From Octopus vulgaris (taxonomy: Eukaryota): a stretch of DNA of 64,000 nt. Shown here one piece after another: positions 56,067 to 64,000 of the stretch. The DNA lies in the NCBI GenBank assembly GCA_951406725.2, contig OX597819.1, positions 20,460,001-20,524,000 of the forward strand. The letters run 5' to 3'. A program made the translations under genes and the position numbers. Under the pieces are notes generated by a model. It worked only from the letters and a program-made list of their open reading frames with translations. It ran no database searches and was not told the DNA's origin. Position 1 is the first letter of the stretch. Each line of letters opens with the position of its first letter.

Positions 56067-58208
56067 ATGAAATGTGGAAATAATCTAGGCAATGATCATT
56101 TTCATCTGGCGCCTTTGATCTTTAAATGAGTCATTAGAGGTGAAATCAGGTTTGATCAATACAATTCTGTGTAAAAACAATTGTAGATCAATTTAAAATA
56201 CTCTCAATCATTTACAACTAATATAAACCATTGTCCAAAGAAATCAATGGACGTTTTAGTCAATATCATTTGCTTAATATGGCTGCCGAATTGGATGTGT
56301 GGCGAAGAAGTTTGATTTGGAACCGCACACTACTTATTTTACAGCACATCATTTTGAGAAAGTAGCCAATACTTGAACGTCTGGGCACCGAATAGGTTGT
56401 CAGACGAAACCAAGAAAATACAGCAAATATACGCATTTTTAAAGATTATTTTGCATGGTATTGGAAATCTGTGGGCTTTTGGATCTTATGCTAGTGTATT
56501 ATATGATCCTGACTTTCGATTATGAGCCGCACGACTCCAGCACATTACACTTAGTTGCCACATTGATAATGTTGAAATGAAATGACATTTAGTTAAAAAC
56601 ATTAATCTCCAAGTTGGGAACTCTTTCTTGCTCTAGAATGGGATTCCGACAGGCCCTGTCAATCCTGATTTTTGCCTCACATTATCCAGTATAACTGCTG
56701 GCCAAAGGCTTAAGACTGTCCAGCGTAAGATTACTTGGATTTATTTTCATCGTGTTCTTCCTAGATTAAATTAATCACTTGACTTTCATTTTTTTCGGTT
56801 TTGGGAGTATCACCAGTGACGTCATTTGTTTGATATACCTTGGTGATATATCTCAGCAACATCAGTTTATCTGGCAAGACAGCATGTTCGATAGCGAAGG
56901 TACAAACAACACAGTCCCGAGTCTCTTCATGATTCTACGCCTAGAAATGATATGATTTATTCATTCCCAGCAAGTTCTACACGCACATTTCATATTCTTC
57001 ATTACATCTTTTTCCTTGTCTGAAGCAACAAAAGAATGATGATAACGCTTGGTTTTACCGTTGAGCTTATTGTCTTTACTCAGTACTCCATCTACATCTT
57101 CAGTTTTGTTTTATTATTATTATTACTATATTGGATATGTTGGCTTTTTACTGTCATCGATTTACTTTGACATTACACAGTTCTGCCTTTAGCATATTTT
57201 ACACTGATTTTATATATTTCTTCCCCTTTGTTAATATTCTTAAAGTTAAAAAAAAATCTGCTGTGATTTTATAGTTTATGTAGATATCACCATTAATAAG
57301 ACTAACTATTGACAAGATAGTTCTCCTATTTTAACAGTAGATATTTCATGGCCTCTTCCTATTTGCACAATATATTTACGTCGTTGTAGTTGTAGCAGCA
57401 TCTTGGTTGAGTCGTCACAACATCAGATACACTTACGATAAGGTTCCGTGTGTGTGTGTGCAACCTTTAGTTCAAATGTTCTGGGTGTAAACTTTGTTTC
57501 AGCCACAAGGGGTTGATTAATGAAATAGCAAATTTGAGATGAGGATAAATGATACCTTCCTCTCTCTCTTCTCTATCTGTCATTCATTTTCTGAAAAAGG
57601 CAGCTTAGTGAAACCTGGTGAGTGATGGACTCCACTGACTCTAAAGATGACCCAAATTGGTGTACATCGAAGCACTTTCCAAACGAATCACAAAGATTAA
57701 ATCTCTGCGTGGCTAGTATAATAATTGTATATCAGATTTTGCGGAACATATTCTAAACTCTGTAATTGTTTTCTTCTCCAGTGTTTCTAATTCACTTAAT
57801 TTCAATTGAGACTATTCCAAATTAGGTATTACAGCAAGGGCTATAGAACTGATGATTATTAGCTTTGTATTAACATTTAATTCTGTATTAAGTATTTATC
57901 ATGCGTGTAAAATACACCATCCTAACATTTCTTTCATTGGCCAATCTTGTCTACTTCATTAATTCCTAAGTATTTACAAGTTTGTTTTTGATTTAATTAT
58001 CTCTATTCTGTTTCTTTAGGTAACATGATAATAGTGTTTTTTCATTTATTAAATCGCCTCTAGGGAAAATACCTTTGACGCATTTTCTCAACCAAATTTT
58101 ATGCGTATTTCCCAACTGAATTGCGTAATGTCTGTAGCCAAGTTTTCATATTTTTTTTGCTCTTACAAAAATTAGTCAACTTGAAGTCACCAATAGATAG
58201 GGGAAGAG

Positions 58209-58209
<1 letters not shown>

Positions 58210-58276
<67 letters not shown>

Positions 58277-58277
58277 A

Positions 58278-58312
<35 letters not shown>

Positions 58313-58313
58313 C

Positions 58314-58386
<73 letters not shown>

Positions 58387-58395
58387 TTAATAATA
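58210..58395. repeat. (TAA)n microsatellite
   Basis: Direct inspection. Confidence 0.97.
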
Positions 58396-60620
58396 CTCCC
58401 AAAGAATAACGAAACCAAACTTCCAAAAATCTATCGGCCTATAACTTGTTTATCCACCACGTATAAAATCCTAACATCTATCCTGGCGGAGAAAACATGT
58501 GCATTCATGGAGACCCCATCGAACAAAAAGGGTGCCGCCGAGGCTCATACGGATGCAAAGATCAACTGCTAATTAATCGTATGATCCTTGAGAACTGTCA
58601 CAAAATGCGCAGAAATCTCAGCTCTGCATGGATTGACTATAAAAAGGCCTTCGACAGTATAACGCATTCATGGATCTTGAAATAGCTGGACATCTTCAAA
58701 ATTTCCCCTGTGATTTCAAGCTTCCTAAAGCACAATCTGTCGTTGTGGAATACGAATCACCATTTATACCACTCTAATGGAGTACTTGCCTCAGAGAATA
58801 TAAACATCAACTGTGGCATTTTTCAAGGTGACTCATTTTCACCTCTAATATTCTGCATAGCCCTAATACCCCTTACAAGTGAATTAAACAGAACAGGGTA
58901 TGGGTATAAAATTGTCAATAAAAAAATAAGCCATCTATTTTATATGGATGACTTAAAACTCTATGGTAAAGACGATAATGTGAAAGCATTCAGCGATGAC
59001 ATCGGGATGGAGTTTGGGCTTGAGAATTGTGCCGAGGCCACTTTCAGTCGTGTTAGATGTTGACACAGTAATAAGAGAGCTTGAGCAAGACAAACATACA
59101 AATATTTAGGGATAAATGAAGGCTCTGGTATTCAGCATGTAAGCATGAAAGAGAAAATCAGGAAGGAATGTTATAGGAGAGTTCGATCAGTCCTGAAATC
59201 TGAACTAAATGCACATAACAAGGTGTTAGCTATAAGTTCCTTAGCAGTTCCAGTTGTTACTTATAGCTACAATGTGTTGAACTGGAATATGAGTGAAGTA
59301 AAGAATATAGATAGGAAAATACGCAAGCTGCTGAGTTGTAATAGGATGCACCACCCAAAGGCAGACGTAGATCGCCTTTACCTTCCCAGAGCCCAAGGAT
59401 GTCGAGGCCTGATCCAATTTGAACTAGCTTACAAAACAACCACAATTGGATTTGCCAAATATCTTGAAATAACGAATGACTGGTTGCTAAAGCTCGTGGA
59501 AAGTCACGAGAGACGAAAGAAGCTTCATTCTATCATAAAGAAAAGCAAAAAAATTGCTATTGATCTCGTGCAGGATACCCAAACTGAAGAACCCGAGGGA
59601 AGTACGGCAACTATTGTTGCAAAGAAGGTGAAAATAATGGCAACGAAAAAACCGCACGAGCAATTGGCTGATAGGTGGGAGGAGAAAACTCTGCACGGCA
59701 AATATGTGGCCGATCGCAAACAAGCTGATGTTGACCAGAAGCAAACCCATCAGTGGCTACGGAGCTCAGGGCTAAAAGCAGAGAGCGAAGGTTTCATCCT
59801 GGCTGCTCAAGATCAAAGCATATTTACCTGGAACTACCAGGCCAATGTGATGAAAAATGGAGCAAACCCAAAATGCCGATTCTGCATCGACATGATTGAA
59901 ACAGTGGAACACCTAATCTCTGGATGTAAAGTCTTAGCCCCAGTGGAGTATAAATTAAGACATGACAGAGTTGGCCATTATCTACACTGGCTAATAAGTC
60001 GGCATTACAATATCAAAACTGCCGACAAGTGGTATAATCACCACCCTGAAGCTGTAACTGAAGGAGAAAATGTAACGATTCTGTGGGACTTTCCAGTACA
60101 TACAGACCCAACAATCAAAGCCAATAAACCGGAGATTGTTGTGAAAGACCAAAGCAATAAAGTTTGCTTATTGATCGACATGAGCATCCCCTGTGATCAT
60201 AATATCCCGGCGAAAGAATTTGACAAGCTCAGAAAATATAAAGACCTGCTCATTGAAATTAAGAAAATGTGGCATCTCAAGGCGGTTACAATACCAGTGA
60301 TCGTAGGAGCACTAGGAATGATCAAGAAGGGAACCGAAAATTATATGAGAATGATCCCTGGCTTACCATCCCTTGCAAGAAGTGCAAAAGATTGTCTTAA
60401 CTGGTACATCACACGTATTGAGAAGAGCATTGTCGATGTGAGAACTATTATTACCCATGTATTTTAAATTAAATTTATTTCTATCAAAAAAAAAACGAAC
60501 GAACTAGTGAGTTTAGTTTAATGGCCTACCAATGTATACTATGATTTTCTTTGCCCTAGGAGTCGGGAAGACACTCGGCAAGAAATGGAAGCAAATTTGA
60601 AAGAAGAAGAAAAACCCATA
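58396..60620 (+). mobile_element. R4/Dong-like RLE non-LTR retrotransposon, 5'-truncated within RT (copy C)
   Basis: [106 protein letters not shown]. Stops and frameshifts present. Confidence 0.95.
59145..60467 (+). pseudogene. C-terminal linker, CCHC finger and restriction-like endonuclease of copy C
   Basis: 440-aa open frame, frameshifted near its end. The PD motif reads PE. Confidence 0.88.
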
Positions 60621-60643
60621 AATAATATTAATAATAATAATTA

Positions 60644-61234
60644 CGCCACTAGCCCAGCAGGAATATAAGAGAGGCCACGACAATATAGCCAGGCTTGTCA
60701 ATTGGACACTTTGCAACAAGTATAGCCTTGAGAGAGCAAAATGTTAGTACGTCCACAAAGCTGAAGGTATCGTCGAAAATAGAAATGCAAAAATCCTATG
60801 GGATTTTATGATTCAGTGCGATCATGAGATAGAGAATAGGAAGCCAGACATAGTCTTAGTTGAGAAAGAAAACAAACTATGCTGAATCATGGCTATAGCA
60901 TGCCCTGCTGACAACTAGTTATGCAACAAGGAAGAAAGAAAAGTTGAAAGATATGACAGGTTAGCTTGGGAAGTTAACCAGTTGTGGTCGATGAAAAAGG
61001 TAGCTGTAGTATCAATAATTGTCGGCGGCTTGGGAACAGTAAGCAAACGTCTCGAAAAGTAAGTGGAACAAATAGGGGCTGCAGTTAGGGTGGAACGCTT
61101 GCAGAAAATAATACTGCTTGTAACCGTTCGAATTCTCCGTAAGGTGCTCGAAAAATAAGAGGTGTTACCTTAGTTCGCTGGTAGTGAACAGCTGACACTG
61201 TAGTACTCTCCAGCATTAAAAGCTGTTCAAAAGC

Positions 61235-61235
<1 letters not shown>
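60644..61235 (+). mobile_element. R4/Dong-like 3' fragment (copy D)
   Basis: PLAQQEYKRGHDNIARLVNWTLC, KILWDFMIQCDHEIENRKPDIVLV, IIVGGLGTV, LQKIILL, 3' UTR, then (AAT)n at 61236-61303. Confidence 0.9.
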
Positions 61236-61306
<71 letters not shown>

Positions 61307-61963
61307 ATTTGGCTCATGAGGCCATCTTCTAGAAAACGCTTCCTCTTGCCCGGTTTACACGTAACCAGTCTTCAAGTATGGATGCTCTTCCTGCTAAAAA
61401 TATAAACCATATTTCTCCTTTTAAAAAAGAATTTATTAAGATAATACAGTCTTCTTTGTATACATTAATGCTACGCATTAAATGTTTTTGCTTTGAGGTT
61501 TATACATATTTTTTCTAAATAGTAAATGCAATAACTATAAATGACTATGTCCAAGAAAGGCAGACATACAATATAAATGTGGAGTGTAGGATTAATCGTA
61601 TATCTTTCATAAGGAACAATTGAAATCATATTCGATTTACAGATTCTGCTAAAATATATTAGTTTATAGCTGTGTCACCTGATTTGTCTTCAATAGAAAA
61701 CGATGAAAGAAAAGAGATTTACAAAATGCAACTCGTTGATATTAGCACAGACGTTATACACGAGAATCTCATAAGACCTTTTAACACACAAAAATACACA
61801 CACATACAAAATATACATGCGCATGAGTGCCTGTGCGCATGTCGACATCTTTAGTAAACGCTCATGTAATTTTACCAGTGGAAAACTACTTCCATTTGTG
61901 TTGAATCACTATTATATATGTATGAATGGGTGTGTATATATACATATGTGTGTGTCTATGTAC

Positions 61964-61999
<36 letters not shown>

Positions 62000-62003
<4 letters not shown>

Positions 62004-62209
62004 AAGCTTTATGAAAATAGACAAAAGACGAAGGCAGGTGGAAAACAAACGAACAATTGTATTAGTATGGCGCTCAGGAAATATAAATAAAACAAGTCTT
62101 TAACGTTTCGAGCCTACGCTCTTCAACAGAAAAATACACAGAGAGAAAAAAAACACAGAAAGAAGGAGAGAAAAAAATGCGTGCAGTAGCTAACGAATCA
62201 ACATGGCGA
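62000..62209 (-). mobile_element. Solo PLE pseudo-LTR with hammerhead relic (family A)
   Basis: Minus strand CTGTTGA-A-GAGC-GTAG-GCTC-GAAA-CGTTA at ~62100-62129. (TA)n on both sides. Confidence 0.7.
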
Positions 62210-62264
<55 letters not shown>

Positions 62265-63425
62265 ATTTATATTGCTCCATAGACACACAGGTATTTATAA
62301 ACATGTATATTTATATGTACCTATATTACGCATATTTGTGTGCGTGTGTATGTATGTATAAAGAATTTGATTGATTAAACTCAGAATGATTTAGAAATTC
62401 ATATATATATATATATATATTACAAATTATCAATGGCAGCCATCTTTAAAATATTTGCTCGTTTATTTCTAATGGGAGAGACTGTATGCCGATACCGTCT
62501 TCTGTTCACACATTCAGAGACTGAATAAGATTTTACAAAACGTCATAGAGATTATTGCACAATCGGCACAGCAACGAGATTTAAAACAAAAATTTTGTTT
62601 TACAATATGCGGCGTTAGCTGAATCAGCATACTATCAAAATATTTCTAATTATCAATTTAATTAATTAATCAGTTAATTAATGATATCATTAGCTCATTA
62701 ATTGAATAATAAAGATATTAAACATTCATTTAGCATTGCTGTAAATTCCAATAACTTTGAGTTCAAAGTTATAAAGACATAGCTTGTTGTGAGAACTGCT
62801 AGAAATACGATTAAATTAATGTTCGACCAACTGGTGTTTTGTGGACGCAACACAAACATTTTATGAAATAAAAGAATGATTGTAGCGTAGCCGAACTGAG
62901 TATCTTTGCATACACACACATAAATGATCATATGTATGCAGGTTAGGTGTGTATATATGTTTGCAAGCAGCTTTGCATTGTATGACGTCATGCATGTATC
63001 CATGTAAGCATGCATACATGCATGCTTGTATGTATATACATATATAAAAGAGATCCTCTTTGCAGAATTCATGCGGATTAGTAACAATACGACTAAGATC
63101 TTTTGTTTCAGTGATGACAGGTATTGGGCGACAATTAAACGTGATGTGCATGCATGTTTGTATTTAAGTGTATATCTATGGCTGAGAAAAATGTCGTCAG
63201 ATATATTCGTACGCATTTATTGTACTTTTATTTCCATCCTCACAATTCTGAAAAGAAACAAATCCATTCAAAAATCTAAAATAGTGAACAAAACAATATG
63301 AACATACCTACTAAAATATAAAACACAAGCAATATATCTTTCGTGTTAATTCAAAAATCATTGTCAAATCGTAAAAAGAATTGGAAAGGCTAAAGAATTT
63401 TCTTAGAATGTGATCTACATTACAA

Positions 63426-63438
63426 ATATATATATGTA

Positions 63439-63528
<90 letters not shown>

Positions 63529-63554
63529 CATATATACATATGTATATATGTATG

Positions 63555-63589
<35 letters not shown>

Positions 63590-63590
63590 C
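63426..63590. repeat. (TA)n microsatellite
   Basis: Direct inspection. Confidence 0.95.
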
Positions 63591-64000
63591 TGTTGTGTCT
63601 GGGGAGAGTCATTCTCTTTTAGTGCCTTATTATTTAACACACTCACAATAAAAAAATTAAAAATTAAAATATAAAAATATAAAATATATAAAAAATATAA
63701 AAATAACAAAAACACAAAAAACAATTTTTTTTTGTTATTTTTTAATATCTATTTTTATTTTTATATATTTTTTTTTATATCAGTATGTAAGCATTTAGAT
63801 ATGTAAATAAACAGATCAATATACAGACGGATAGGTATATAGACTATATGAAGAGACACATATGAAGACACGGATTCACACATATAAAGATGCACATCCA
63901 TACATACAAACATGGTACATAGTTACACAACACACACACACACACACACAGACACGCACACACAAGGAGACAGAGGTGCATACATATACAAACACAGGCT

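Overview
AT-rich, microsatellite-dense eukaryotic non-coding DNA. The SINE repertoire and repeat style suggest a cephalopod, probably Octopus (inference). No host protein-coding exon could be supported. Almost all recognisable content is mobile DNA: a near-full-length L1/Tx1-like LINE (1-4846), four 5'-truncated R4/Dong-like RLE retrotransposons in (TAA)n arrays, tRNA-derived SINEs (CORE-like, Nin-like, others), Tc1/mariner relics, a hAT-like element with 8-bp TSD and a Helitron/Helentron-like element. The main signal is a dense set of Penelope-like element (PLE) ends carrying minimal hammerhead ribozymes (HHR), usually next to (TA)n. These include a canonical HHR behind a GIY-YIG ORF (35760-35841), a ~460-bp inverted-repeat element with an HHR relic in each arm, and a 1.73-kb near-perfect palindrome (51210-52937, 4-nt spacer) whose two arms each carry an outward-facing hammerhead with a swapped G3:C8 core pair. 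All calls are by eye; no database searches or folding were run.
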